Assembly (NCBI RefSeq): GCF_000150275.1
Contig: NW_002060946.1
Span: 1,755,454-1,819,453, forward strand
Direction: 5' to 3'
DNA length: 64,000 bases
DNA from: Trichoplax adhaerens
Taxonomy: Eukaryota; Animalia; Placozoa
Shown here one piece after another: positions 1 through 20,195 of this stretch. Position numbers and translations under genes: made by a program. Under the pieces are notes generated by a model that was not told where the DNA came from, did not search any database, and saw nothing but the letters and a program-made list of their open reading frames with translations. Every line of letters begins with the position of its first letter. The stretch's first letter is position 1.

Positions 1-544
1 ACTATAATCTACCATGGAATAGCATTATTTCTAAACTTTAAGTTGCTTATGTATGTTCCTCAGACTATTTAGCTTTAAAACTATACTGAAATACAGTCGA
101 ATCCTAAAGACCGGTAGAAGAAATTTTTCAGTTTCGATTGCGTTCAGATATTTTATCTGAAGATCAATACAGAACCTCACAGATATTTGTAATCCGAAGT
201 GAACTACCGCACTCTAGCAATTTATTCCTGATAACACTAGGCTGTACTGTTAGTTAGTAGCTGAATAACTTAAAGCATAAGTATAATAAATGAAGCTTGT
301 AACGTTATATATACATAAATTACATTCGTGTTTCTTAAAATAAAGGAAGCAAAGTAATATCGAAATCTTATTTTGTATGGTAAATAATGGAATGGTTAAA
401 ATAATTTATTAGAAGGGTCAAGTTGGAGAACTGAAATAACATTTTAGCATACTTTGGCAATATAACATCGCATCAGTTGAACCCTGTTAAGAGTAGACAT
501 GTGTGAAATAATAAGATTAAAATTGAAGACTTTCTTTCTGTGGC

Positions 545-1086
545 GGAAAATTTCACACGAGTGCAGTAGTATTCAAGTTCTTAATTGAATCTTTTAGATT
601 AATTTATACTGTATACTTCTAAGAACAATATCCTACTTCCGTAAAAATACGAGTATAGTAGTATTCAAGTTCTTAGTTCAATTTCTTGATTGATTTGTAG
701 TGCGTATTTCGCAAAGCAATATCCCACTTTCATGAAAATAAGAGTTTAGCAGTACTTAAGTTTTTAGCTGAATCTTTTAGATTGATTGTAGAGCATATTT
801 CTGATAATAATATCTCACTTCCGTGAAAATATGAGTACATAAGTATGCAAGCTCTTAGTTAAATTTTTTAATTAATTTTGTAGTGCTAAGCCTATTTCTA
901 ATAGCAATATCTTACTTCCGTGAAGATAGAGTATTATCCAAGCTTTTATTTGAATCTTTTAGATTAATTTGTCCTACGTATTTCTAGTAACAACATCTCT
1001 CTTCGTAAAAATACGATTATAGTAGTATTCAAGTTCTTAGCTGAATCTTTTCGATTAATTTGTAATGCGTAATTCTAATAACAATT
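545..1086. repeat. Degenerate tandem repeat, about 6 copies of ~91 bp
   Basis: The unit GAGTAYAGTAGTATTCAAGTTCTTAG..GAATCTTTTAGATTAATTTGTA..CAATATCYYACTTCCGTRAAAAT recurs with starts near 557, 649, 740, 830, 930 and 1012. Confidence 0.9.
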
Positions 1087-1425
1087 TCGGGGATATTAGA
1101 ATTTGATGAATAGTCCATGAATTAATCGGGTAAAGTAAATTCCTAACGGAAAGTCATATATACTAGCATCCTTAATGAGAAGCTACGCATGAAATGAAAT
1201 GATAATTTGCGCAGAGAGAGTTATCATGTTCCACTATTTAAAATGATTTAAAAATAACGTATCTAGAGAAATAAAATATGGAATTATTGAATACGAATTT
1301 CTTAACGGAAAAAATCTGATATGAAGTATGAGTGAATAAGGGATATGGTAGCAAGTATAATTTATTCATAAAATACCAGGATATAAAGATTTGATTACTG
1401 ATCTTACAGCAATCATTTTTTAATA

Positions 1426-2557
1426 CTATTCAACTTCTGGACCATCAATTCCGATAAACAACTTAGCGGATTGATAAATCTCTTCTGACCAGAGATCATC
1501 TTTAGGATAGAACTCTGTTTAGTTCGTAGAAGACAATACAGTATCTTAAGTTATTTTGCAATTATTATAAATTGGATAGAATACTGTAGGCTCTTTAATT
1601 CGATATTATCTATTTGATGGCAATATGCATGTTTTGATGAACAATTACGCAAACATTTATTTAAAGCCATATGAAATCGATGCTATAGCATTAAACGATA
1701 AAAGCATCCATAGTACGTATGAAAAGACTTAATAGCTATGTGGCGATATAGAAATAATAATCATAATTTCAACTACATATTTATTAGAGGATATTTATTT
1801 TCTGGTATCTTAATGTATGTAACATATACATTGAGTCATTAGATAAGATTTGATAAATATTGATATTAGAGCTTGATGGTTTATACTCCAAGATACCTTA
1901 CTGTATCACTACATTCGATATCTTTGACGATATTCTGACTAATATTTTGTATAATCTAGTTTAGAAATAGTAGAGTAATGACGTCTAAAAGGAAAGCGAT
2001 AGAACCTTCTCGCGAATCTGCCCACTATCAAAGTGAAGATAGTTGAAATTATTTCATTTCTTATTTCGTCGCATGCGAACTTCTACCTGTAGGACTATCC
2101 GTCATTTAAGGCTATGGACTAAATCAATTTTAGTCTAAATACCGAGTTATCTAAATACCTTTTGGACAGGGGAAAAACTGAGTGGTCTTAATTTTACAGC
2201 TTGATTAATTTGCAGTATTATCAGGATTAATACGTTGCCGGCTTATCCTTAATTAATCTTATTCTTATTACTGATAACTAAGTTATATCATCTTTGATGG
2301 TGATTTGGGTTAATAATCCTTTATGTACAGATTACACAGATATATACTGTACTATTTAAAAACACCATCCAATTCTAGTTCGATGAAAAGCCATTTCAAG
2401 AAATAACTTGTATTCTTTAGGTATCTATTTCTCCTAAGGTTGGCATGATATTATTTTACTCTATGGCACTTCCATTCTTATTTATACACTTTATTTTACT
2501 TAAATAGCATTTTAAGTACCTTAAGATCGTTATCCATGATCAAAAATTCTTCAAATA
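1426..2557 (-). other. Possible exons of an unrecognised or decaying minus-strand gene
   Basis: AG/GT-bounded segments 1938-1902, 1682-1649 and 1514-1426 join in phase as QNIVKDIECSDT-HRFHMALNKCL-QFYPKDDLWSEEIYQSAKLFIGIDGPEVE*. Segment 2557-2520 (FEEFLIMDNDLK) is also exon-like. I recognise no homology and could not build a complete ORF. Confidence 0.25.
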
Positions 2558-4120
2558 CTGTAAAACTACACGATGATAGCAAAGGGAATTGTTCTTAATC
2601 ATGTCCATTAAAAGGATATTGATATATCACATTAGCACGTATCATGTCTATGTAACTATCTCATCAATTTATCAATATAGAACATTAACATGAGTTTGCT
2701 AAAATGGCTAACCTAATATTTCGGTCTCTCTATGGAGTAAGAAAAATAACAATATGTACGCGTCCTATTGGCTTCATTTCATTTTTGTTCATATCGTTTA
2801 TGGTCCAATAACCATGATGATATGATAGGCTAATCTATGATTATTCATTTAGAAAGTCAATGAATTTTTTTTCTACTTATGCAAGTTTAAGAAACTGAGT
2901 AGAATAAATTGAAAAAGGAATAACTAGGTCTTGTAGAAACTGCAATCTTCTAGAACGGATAGAAGTCATTTATGTATAGGGAAATTAGACTATGCTACTA
3001 ATGAATAACATAGTTTTAACTATACGCAATCCTATCGAATGGCAATCATTCAAAAATAGAGTAATTCTACCCTATCACGATAGATATTATCATGATGACA
3101 CAGGCAATAAACAATTTAAAGAAGGATTAAATAGCAAAAAGAACTATTTCTTTTATTGATTGGCTTAGTAGAATTGATGACGATGAAAAGATGCCATAAA
3201 TAGTTTTGCTATTGTCCATTTGAAGAAAGTCTTTCACTTTCAAGACTATAACTATTCAAATTTTAATTGACTCAAATACCGGTTAAACAATATCAGTCTA
3301 TATTGTCTTAAGAAGGTATTCATCAACTCTTTTTTTTCTTCCCTTTGGCTATTCCTTCTAGTTGCTGCAATATCGATCTCTTTTTTTCTCCATTGCTTTT
3401 ATCTATTCGTCCACAATTTCATCTACGTGACGTGAATCCGTCTGTTATAAATAGTTTGGAAACCATTTTTTTGCTTCCAATTAGAAGTTTACAAGACTCC
3501 TTTTTCTTCTTTTAGAATAATTATCTTATCAAGGTAATCTTACTGCTTGATTTCTACTTCATTTGATATCTTGAATGCAAGTTTACCTATAGTAAAATAA
3601 AGCCATCTAACTCATCATGTTTTGAATATTAATTTGGCCGGAGAAATTAACCATTCGATTATTACGCCATCAAGACGATCCGAGAACGACAGCACCGTTG
3701 ACTTTTTTAATAACAAGAAAGACTCGATCCGTTTTAAATTTGAATATTGTCCGATTTTCTACACTTTCAACTTCATCATTGAAAGAAGAACTAGCCAAAA
3801 TTGATCTACTAGACATTCAATGACAAACAGTCGATTTAAAGAAATAGTGTAGTGTTTAGATCCTCCGTTTCTTTGACAACGGACCGCCTAGTTTCCTGGA
3901 TGACCATTTCCATTTTGACTAGTCGTTACCGAGAGTAATCATAACAACAGCAACGTCCACTTTCACCAGACATTCAATATTTTCATCCATTTTTTAAGGC
4001 TGATCGCGTGCTATTAGCCCCATTGATAGTTGTTATCCACTGGAAATACTGGTGTTATTACATTGTAGAAGAGCATTTATAGCAAGTGATAGAGGATTGG
4101 CTTGCTTGGTCTAATTCGCT

Positions 4121-4440
4121 TTCAAATCTCCACGGCAACAAAACATTTCACGTTCGGCTCAGAAAGTGAATATTGGCAAACAATTCCTTGACATAAGACG
4201 ACGACTTTTATTTTCTTTTCGATCCAGCTTTCATGTATTAAATTGATTATTACTTTATCGTCTTCGTTTTACCTTTCGAATCTCCACGACAACCCATTAT
4301 TTCACGTTCGGTTCAGAAAGTGAATATTGGCAATCAATTCCTTGGCATAAGACGACACAAGTTAGTCGACGACTTTTATTTCTTTCCGATCTATTTTACA
4401 TCCACTAAATTGACCACTACTTTATTATCTTGGTTTTACT
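4121..4440. repeat. Two-copy tandem duplication (~155 bp) upstream of PRKAR2
   Basis: AATCTCCACG..ATTTCACGTTCGG.TCAGAAAGTGAATATTGGCAA.CAATTCCTTG.CATAAGACGAC occurs at ~4125 and ~4279. Confidence 0.9.
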
Positions 4441-4454
4441 TCCTCTATTTCCAT

Positions 4455-4585
4455 CCAATCAGAAATACAAATTCGGGAAAAAAGTATCCTAGCCCAAGAA
4501 AATTTATGTGCGCTCATCTATAGACAATATCAAGTGTCGCTATAAAACAAGGAGTCCTTTGAAGACTTTCTTCTTCAAATCAGTT
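4455..4585 (+). promoter_or_regulatory. Putative PRKAR2 core promoter (CCAAT, TATA, Inr-like)
   Basis: CCAATCAG at 4455-4462, TATAAAA at 4541-4547 and TCAGTT at 4580-4585, upstream of the ATG at 4675. TATA-Inr spacing is slightly long. Confidence 0.5.
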
Positions 4586-4674
4586 TAGCCAGTTAATAGA
4601 TAAGAAATTGACGATTCCATTAAACTATTAACTAAACTTTTGATCATTGAAAGCAACATTTACTTCAATTCAAG

Positions 4675-7600
4675 ATGACCGCTAACGATTTTGAAATTCC
4701 CAAAGGGTTAACAATGGCATTACAGGAATTCACTGTCAGTTTAATTAAAGAGAGGCCAAACAACATATACGATTATGCAGCAAGTTATTTTACTAGATTA
4801 TTGAAAGAAAAGGAACGTTTGCTGAATGATGAAGGCGACTATGATGAAGGTAAGGCCATTTGGGATGATATCCATGCTACTTGCTTGACTGGAATACAGT
4901 AAGCGGAGGATTGCTTGTTCTTTTTCTTACTGTTATCCTACCCAACCGTAAAGAATTATATCAGCATGGATAGGTTGTTGTAACTGGAAATGAAGTTTAG
5001 GGTCTAGTCTTCTCCCTGTAATCTTTGTATCGTCTTTAAACGTTAGATTTCACTAAATATATTCGGTGGATGATAGGTTCTAATTTTTCCTGGATAAAAA
5101 CACTCAAATCGCCACTATTGGCGATAGACTTTGTTATTATTTTTGTAAAATATTAGCCAATAGATCCACTTCACTTTGAGCTATTTTTCTTTCTCAGTCG
5201 GGGATAAATAGCGTAGATAAATTAATAATATCACGGGGATCTTAAGTTAAAAGCAATAGGCCTCTTTTCTTCCATGCTAGAAGATTAACTACGGTACTCA
5301 GACGCTACCAGCGAGCTAAAGTCAGTCTTAAATGAAAGTAAATTATCGATCTATTGATTAACCAGTAGTTCATAATTACTATATAGATTTCTTAGTTTCT
5401 TCTATCCATTAGTTTGCCTTATTCGTATCATATTCGTAATAGCGTTCTATTAGCACTAGTGTAGGACTATCCAATTCATTAATTAGTTTACGTATAGCAT
5501 AGCAATATAGCATATTCCAATAGCATATTCATTCGGTGATGATATTTTTGTTGATTTTTTAATTATAATTTGCTATTGATGGAGAAGGCAAGTAAATTTC
5601 CAAAGGCACTGATAGTTTTCAGGGCTTTTAAACCTTATAACTTTAACCATAATGTACTGCGATGATCTCACTGAAATGATAGCTACTGAATATTTTAGCG
5701 ATATTAACGGTTTAGAGAAACTTCTAGAGTAATATAAAGTTATTATGCTATTGTATGTTGGGAATGTTAATGCTATATGCTAGCCTAGTACCATTTTTAC
5801 TCGGGAAATGGATAATTCTTCTTGTATGTGTTTGATCGTGAATAATTTACAAGCAGTAGCGCTATAGAAGATAAAAATGAGATTGAACGGTAAATAATGT
5901 CAAATCGATTCATTTTATTCCGTGCAATTGATGCTTGAAGGCTAAATATCAAGGGATCCCATACATTTTTGAACGGAATAGACTGTAGTTAAGCTAGAAA
6001 GCCAAGTAATATTTTATAAGAGACTTTAAGGAAAGTCAACCTTTAACTCGTCTCCTATAATTTTACTAAATAGCCAGAAATCGTTTAAACTATCTTCTAT
6101 TTCACGGTATTAAATCTATATAGCTAGAAAGTAGTCTCAGAGATAATTTTCATATTTTTATTGCCTCTATTATTTAACAATTGTAGATGAAGAAATCGCA
6201 AAATTACGATATGCCAAGCGCCAATCCGGTAAGTAAAATTTCAAGTTGTTCAACTACCTTATGGTACCAAAGTTTTAAACCTGTACTTAAAATATATCTT
6301 ATGCCACTAATTTGCAGTTGTGACGCTTGATTTAGTCTTTCTTAGTCTAATATAATCTCATTTTGATTTTAATGCGGAATAGAGAATATACGAGATACTA
6401 ATTTCGATTCTATTTACGCTACCTAGTTTGTGCTGAATCATATCAACCTGAAGAGGATGAAGAAGGAGAAAACGCAGAAAAGGTTAGCCATTACATTCAT
6501 TTCTATATAGAATAGACTGTAATACTTGAAGAAAAATGAATTTATATTTGATTTATTCTTCCTTCTGAATAGATTGTACTTCCTAAAACCGAAGAACAAC
6601 GTAAACGATTGGAAGCATCTGTCAAGAGCTCTTTCTTATTTAAAGCACTGGATGAGGTCAGTTTTTAACTAGTTATGCACATTGGATTTTGATATAAATG
6701 ATAGTGGTAATGACTCACTTTTAAATCTATACTGTGATCAAATGTTTTTGAATATCATCTTTTCAAAGATTTCCATTGCTAACCTCTTCATTAGTATGAA
6801 CTCAATTTGGTTAATACTACACGCTATTGAAATAAATTAGCCTAGAGACCTTAAAGAAGTAGATAATCAAAGTGTTATTAATCATAACCCAGCTAATATC
6901 GAATAATTATAATCGTATTCTGCTTCAATATTATCGCAAAATACATTAGCTAAAATTCACAGACTTGTTTCTTACACAAGAGTGGAGCTATTGATAAGAT
7001 CTTATGGAAGTAGACAGAATTAGTGCTTAATGATGGACTGGTTAAGATTGAGTAGTAGCACATTTTGCTCAAGTATCATCGCAAATGAGTTAAAAAATTC
7101 CAGACTGGCTCCATAAAAGTTACATTGCTGACAAAAATCTTATAGAAGTGGATAGTAATATTAGACATAATCTAGTTTTGCGTCGTGCAGTCCTATTCCG
7201 CTATAGTGCCATCGCGAAGAAATTAAAAACTTCGGGATATAGCTGGCACTGAGCAATTGCATTTTACTATAGTATCATCGCAAATAAGCTACAATTTTCG
7301 AGACTAGTTGTATCTAAGAATTTTGTTATTGATAGCTCTATAGTAGTCATTCTTGACTTCAATAGAGCCGCAGTTATCTATCCTTATTAGCAATTTATAG
7401 CCGTATTAATTATATTTACGTAAATGATCATCAACAATAATGAACTTTCTAGGATCAAACTATAGAAGTGTTGGACGCAATGTTTGAACGAAAGGTAATA
7501 GTGAAAGCTAAAACTATCTAAATAACATTATTAGTCAGTGACGAATAATAGTAGATTACTGATAATTTGTGTATATAGAATTGAATAGAAATTATTCTTC

Positions 7601-10600
7601 ATTTCCCTTCAGTGCTACGTATTCTTTCTTCTCGAATAGCCCAATTAACTTGATGAATGTATTTTAAATTTGTAAAAAATGAATAGTCATCGATATACGT
7701 CCCTTTTCTATTTGTTTATAGCATAGTCATATTTTTGAAAAGCCTTAATACAGCACAAATAGCTTCAAGAGTAATGCAATTATTTTGGCATAACAATTTA
7801 AAAGTATTTTCATAATTAAAATAATATGAGAATATTTCTAAATAGTTAGAGAATGTAATGTTGATTTAGATTAGTATAGTCTTTAGTAGAATATCAAACA
7901 TAATACTAGAGTAGTTAAATATCTTCCCTAGACTAAAGTAGGCAATAAATTTTGACGATTCTGGTTGATTATCGCAATAAGTGATGATAGTTTACATATA
8001 TGCTGTTAACTTATATCGTCTCTTTAGTTAAGCTATCTCACATCACTAATATTAATATAAATATAATCGGCGGGTAAAGTCAATTAAAATCGATCTAATC
8101 ATTGCTTTGATAGGTGAAAGTAAATGAAGATGTTATTGTTCAAGGAGATGATGGCGATAACTTTTATGTAATTGACCAGTAAGTTTTCTACTTAAATGAA
8201 TGCTGTATATTAGTATCAAAAACTACTTGGCAAGAGTCTTTTACTATCACTTGCTTTTAAAAATACAAAACACTCATCATCCGTACTAACTTTCTTGTTT
8301 CTAGGGGCACTTACGATATCATCGTCGATATTAATGGAACTCCCAAAACGGTAAAAGATAATCCTTTTGAGTGTATTATGACTAATGGAATAATAATTTC
8401 GATTTCTTCATAACTAATTGATTGGATTCAGATTTTACAATAGCATTTAAGGATGTGTATAACTATGCATTATTCGTTAAACTTGCTTTATAACCATCGA
8501 TATCGCTACCAAAGCATTTATTTTGATACTTTGACTTTATCAAACCACCATTAGTCGTATTTTTACTTTAAAATTCGTGTAGTGAATCCTAACGTTTACT
8601 CTATCTCGACATTTATTATGCTTATAACTGGCCTACAGTGCTAAATTTGTAATTGAGTATATTTAAATATTTTTTATACATAAATCTATAAAATTATACA
8701 CTAATTTCTATTATTAAAGTATCTGTATAGTGCATGCTTGCATTAGAGCTAATTTTAAGTATTAAAGTACAAGAACTGTCTTGTTAGGTTGCGATTGAAA
8801 ATACTTAAATATTTTCATACCTCGAATTATGTAAATGAACATCAGAGTCTGTTGCCAAAGCATCTATTTTGCTATTTATTAGTGTTAATTTCTGCTACTG
8901 TGGTAAAGCTTAAAATACGTTATTAACTGACCTTTAAGATTTATGAACATATTTAGGTATATTTTTTGATGCGGTACAAGTGATTTGTTAATCAGTATTT
9001 GAGTAATCGGGCTTATACTTTAAATCCATGCATACAATTGAAGGCCAATTTTTGCTATTAGTACTCTTATTATAGCACTCAAGGAACCGTGTAATTAATT
9101 AGAGTTTATCTATATCTTATTCTTGAAATTCATGCAGTTAAGCATTTGTTATTAGTGCTAAAGTCTTTATTAGTTATAAGAGACTCAGTTGCTTATATGA
9201 TCAGCGTCTAAGCATACTTTCATTCTTAAAATTTATTTACTTGGCATCAATTTTTGCTATTAAAGCGTTTATTGAGATATTTATAACCCTGTTGATGAAC
9301 ATAATAGGTAGCAACATATACTGATTCAGGAAGTTTTGGTGAATTAGCTTTGATGTACAATACTCCTAGGTAACGATTAAGCTATATGAAGCAGCTGAAA
9401 TAGCTACTTACAATTTACGGCATTTTTCTAACTATCATATCAAATTTTGAATTGTACTGATTCTTTTTAAGTATATATATAGTGAATAAATCTTATAAAT
9501 TTAAAGTTTTATAATCTATAAGATACTTTGAATAATACTAATAATTAATGAATATCTTTTCACTTTTAGAGCCGCTACGATTACAGCAAGAACTGAAGGA
9601 GTACTTTGGGCTTTGGTAAGTCTGATAGTAAAGCTCTACGCGTACTTTTATTTCTGTAGCATTATTTTTTAATTACTAAGCTACCCAAAACCATGAATCT
9701 GAAAGGTGTTAGGGTCTATTGCGCATATGGAATTCATTTAGCTATCTGCACTGGGATAGCTAGTAGTTACGACAAATAATTCTTCCAAGGCTAACTTGTA
9801 TGTGTTTCTTCAAACAGGATCGAAAAACATTCAGAAGAATTTTATTATCCGCTTCATCTAAAAAGGTATACTATTCATGAAATATCGGAACAAGACTTGC
9901 TCTTAAAATAAAGAACTCAGCATGATTTGATGAGGCTTTGGCCTATCTAAATTATCTTAAATATGCATTGTTTGGCTTAACGTTAATTATTTGTGCTAAA
10001 GCAAGATATACCATACTCCAAAATGAAATAATTTACATCTACAGTATTGCGCAAAAAATAGGAATAATTAACTCAGCCTTTCACCTGTCTAAAACTATTT
10101 TAATTACACATTGCTTGCCTTAGCGTAAAGTAAAGGTAGAATAAGGCATATCTAAAGATAGAGTATTTTAGATTTTTTGTAAAGAAATTATGAGAGATTT
10201 CATGGTACCTGTCTAGGATTCATTTTGTATATATTTTACTTATTTTAGCGTAAAATGTATGAGGAATTGATCGGTTCGGTCGAGATGCTGTCTGAATTGG
10301 AAGCTTATGAGAGAACGAATTTAGCAGATGCTTTAGAATCGAAGAAATTTAAAGATAACGATGTTATTATTAAACAGGTAAGGTAACAAACTGTTAAAGG
10401 TAGTAGAATTTATAGATGTGAAGAAATTACAACGACGATATTTAATTTAACTTATAGGGAGACGATGCTGATGCATTTTACTTTGTTGAGAAGGGCCAGT
10501 GTCGAGTTATTATCCAGGTAAGATTGACTAATTTAAAGTATTTTTCTAGATGGCTTGATTGCGCTCACTCTACTGTTTGGTGTACCGAATAGATAAAACT

Positions 10601-11028
10601 AATCTTTTATTTAAACTCAAAAATTTTAGAAAGGTAGCGAGGAAAAGGAAGTAGCACGACTAGGGAAAGGCGATTATTTTGGAGGTACAAAAGTTTTTGA
10701 AAATGGAATCCTAAGGTTTATTTATAAGCTTATATATATTTTTCCTTATTGTAGAATTAGCACTTGTAACGCATAGTAAAAGAGCAGCTTCTGTTTACGC
10801 AGTAGGAGACACTAGTATCGCAGGTAAGTCTTTGTTAACCGATAGATCTGAGACTGATATAATTTACAGTCTTGACATGATGAAATGGTGCAATTAATGA
10901 TTCGTTTCACATTACTTGAATTAGCCCTCGAAGTTGGAGCTTTTGAACGCTTATTAGGTCCATGCATGGAAATTTTGAAAAGAAATATGACTAAATATCA
11001 AGATGTAGCAGACAAACTTCATAATTAA
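4675..11028 (+). CDS. PRKAR2: cAMP-dependent protein kinase type II regulatory subunit (15 coding exons)
   Basis: Exons 4675-4849, 6187-6228, 6427-6482, 6573-6656, 7453-7494, 8114-8178, 8305-8350, 9308-9369, 9570-9615, 9818-9865, 10249-10377, 10458-10517, 10630-10684, 10755-10823 and 10925-11028 splice in frame. The protein has an RII-type D/D domain ([23 protein letters not shown]), inhibitor site [48 protein letters not shown] and C-terminal [15 protein letters not shown]. Confidence 0.96.
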
Positions 11029-11153
11029 TAATATTAATAGCAACTAAAAACTTCATGACTTTACTTAAAATCATATTCAATGCAAATATTTTTACTAACC
11101 ATTCAATTTTCACCATCAAGTGAACTACTTTTATCATTATAAGTTAAGTAAGC

Positions 11154-11391
11154 TTTATTGCTGTGTGAACATTTATAAGTCACAATCGATATTAGAATAT
11201 GATATACATAGTAATTAAAGACATCGTACAGTATTGTACGACAGCACTTCTTCTTAAAGACAACAATTTTTTAAATACAATAATAATACACAATACCGTA
11301 AATACAAGTTAAAGAAGGTAGCTACAAGGCTCACTTGCTGCTATCAATGTAACTATGTACTTAAAGAATTTATAATGAATTACTTAATAAA
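11154..11391. terminator. Candidate polyadenylation signals of the convergent PRKAR2 and PFKFB genes
   Basis: Minus-strand AATAAA (TTTATT) at 11154-11159. Plus-strand ATTAAA at 11214-11219 and AATAAA at 11386-11391. Usage is not demonstrated. Confidence 0.4.
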
Positions 11392-11724
11392 GGCATAATT
11401 ATTATTAAATATTAAAAAGATTTACTAGGGATTTCAATGAGTAATCAGAAATTTATGATATGTCGTAACAATCATGTTATAATAGTATTATGATAACGCA
11501 GAAAATGATCTTGAAATTTACTGAAGTTACAATTTTTCAGGAACTCAATTACAGGAACGACATAAATGCATTCAGAATGCCAATAACTACTAGTATGTAA
11601 TCATTTCATATAAATCAGCAGCACATCACAGATTCACATATGCAGGTATTGATTAATGACTGCGCTTAAAGCACAATAAGAAATATTCACCAAACATCAA
11701 CAACAATTGCTGTTACATTAATTT

Positions 11725-18626
<6,902 letters not shown>

Positions 18627-20045
18627 GATCTAACCATACATAGGACAAATAGTTAAATGATATGTATGTACAAGATACTTTATTAATTAGCCATGCTATC
18701 AGACACTATGAATACACCCCTCTGTGTACAATCTATCGCATTGAATAATTATGATATCAATACCTATCGTTGATTGAAATTAGGATTGTATATACGTGGA
18801 TAAAAAGGATACTTGAAAGGGGACTCCAAATGTCAGCAAGGATATTGACGATCTAAATAGTGTTGATCAAAGTCGTCAAAGTTGAATTTCATTGTGTATG
18901 AAGTTAATCTACTCCTCTCTACAATTAGATGATTACAAATCATTGAAGTTATGTTAAGTTCTTAGTCTATCAGCATCACTGTCTTGTACATTGGTATAAC
19001 TGGTAAGCTTATGATGGATAATGATTCTTGTTTTATCTTTAACCTCACTATTTAGCAGAAACGTAGCATGAATAAATAAGGGGATGAAAAAAAAGTTCAC
19101 AGTCAAAATGAACGGTTGTTGTTGGTTATACTATGGAATCGCTGATGCCTACTGTACAGTATGGATATTTGGATAGTCAATGTACGATTTTAAAGTATTG
19201 ACAACTAGGTTTCGACTACAAGACATGATTATCCACTGATCGATTGGAATACCCGACACTAGGCGTCCAATAGTCCACACCAATCTTGATCATCCAGGTC
19301 GTTGGTTATCCCTTTGTAAAGATGGAAATGTCTTGAGATCCAACTCGTTGTACTTTTTACAATACCGTGGAAAATGTACCCAGTAGAATCTACTCTATCG
19401 ATTGAGCTAATCCTCTACAAGGATGGCTCGATTGGAAGATCCATTCCATCAGGCTTGGTAGTCGGTGTATATTGATTATTTACTAATATCGTGCATCATC
19501 GACTGTTTACGATAAGTCAATTAATTTACTACTCGTCTATTTGATGAACTGCAGTCATGGTTTTACACTTAAGACACAAGATTGAACTTAACTGCAATGA
19601 GAATGTTGTTAGCTTAGGCAGTACCAGGCTAGCCAGTTCGATCGTTCAAGAATGAATTAATAGAAGATTGTCGATGGAAGAATTCCAAGCTTAGCAGGAA
19701 AAGGATTCAACGCCTAACTCGCTTTTAGGTCGTTGTTGTTTACTTAATAATATTGCGTTTTGAGCCAGCAGCGGAACCAAGTGGACCCATCCTGGCCGTG
19801 AGTGACTAACTCCTATACCGTCGGTTCAATGTGTGCAAAAAGATTGTCGTATAGAGCGTGGTCGTAGCTCAAGTCGTGACCCTAGAATTGAATGTATTTT
19901 GACTCGTCTTAGCAATCGGATTGTGGATGATAGTATGAAAGAGAGACGGAGGTCAAGAGATGACATTTGATTTGCACGGCATCGAACACCCAGCGGGTAC
20001 GGTGGCACTTTTATTCCGTCTACTGTAGTATTGTTGAAGAGAGAG

Positions 20046-20195
20046 TAGGGCGGTCGTACCGGGTACCCGGTTTCGTACCATCAAGATCGACATGGCTACC
20101 CGGGTACCCGATTTGTATACTCATCAATACATCGACATGGCTACCCGGGTACCCGAATATTTTACCCGAGTTTGGAAACCCGGGTGCAATCCCTA
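20046..20195. mobile_element. Degenerate hAT-like miniature element (150 bp)
   Basis: Starts TAGGG and ends CCCTA, with repeated ACCCG/CGGGT motifs inside, a 14-bp palindrome ACCGGGTACCCGGT (20058-20071) and a 26-bp direct repeat (20086-20111, 20131-20156). TIRs are imperfect and no 8-bp TSD is visible. Confidence 0.4.
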
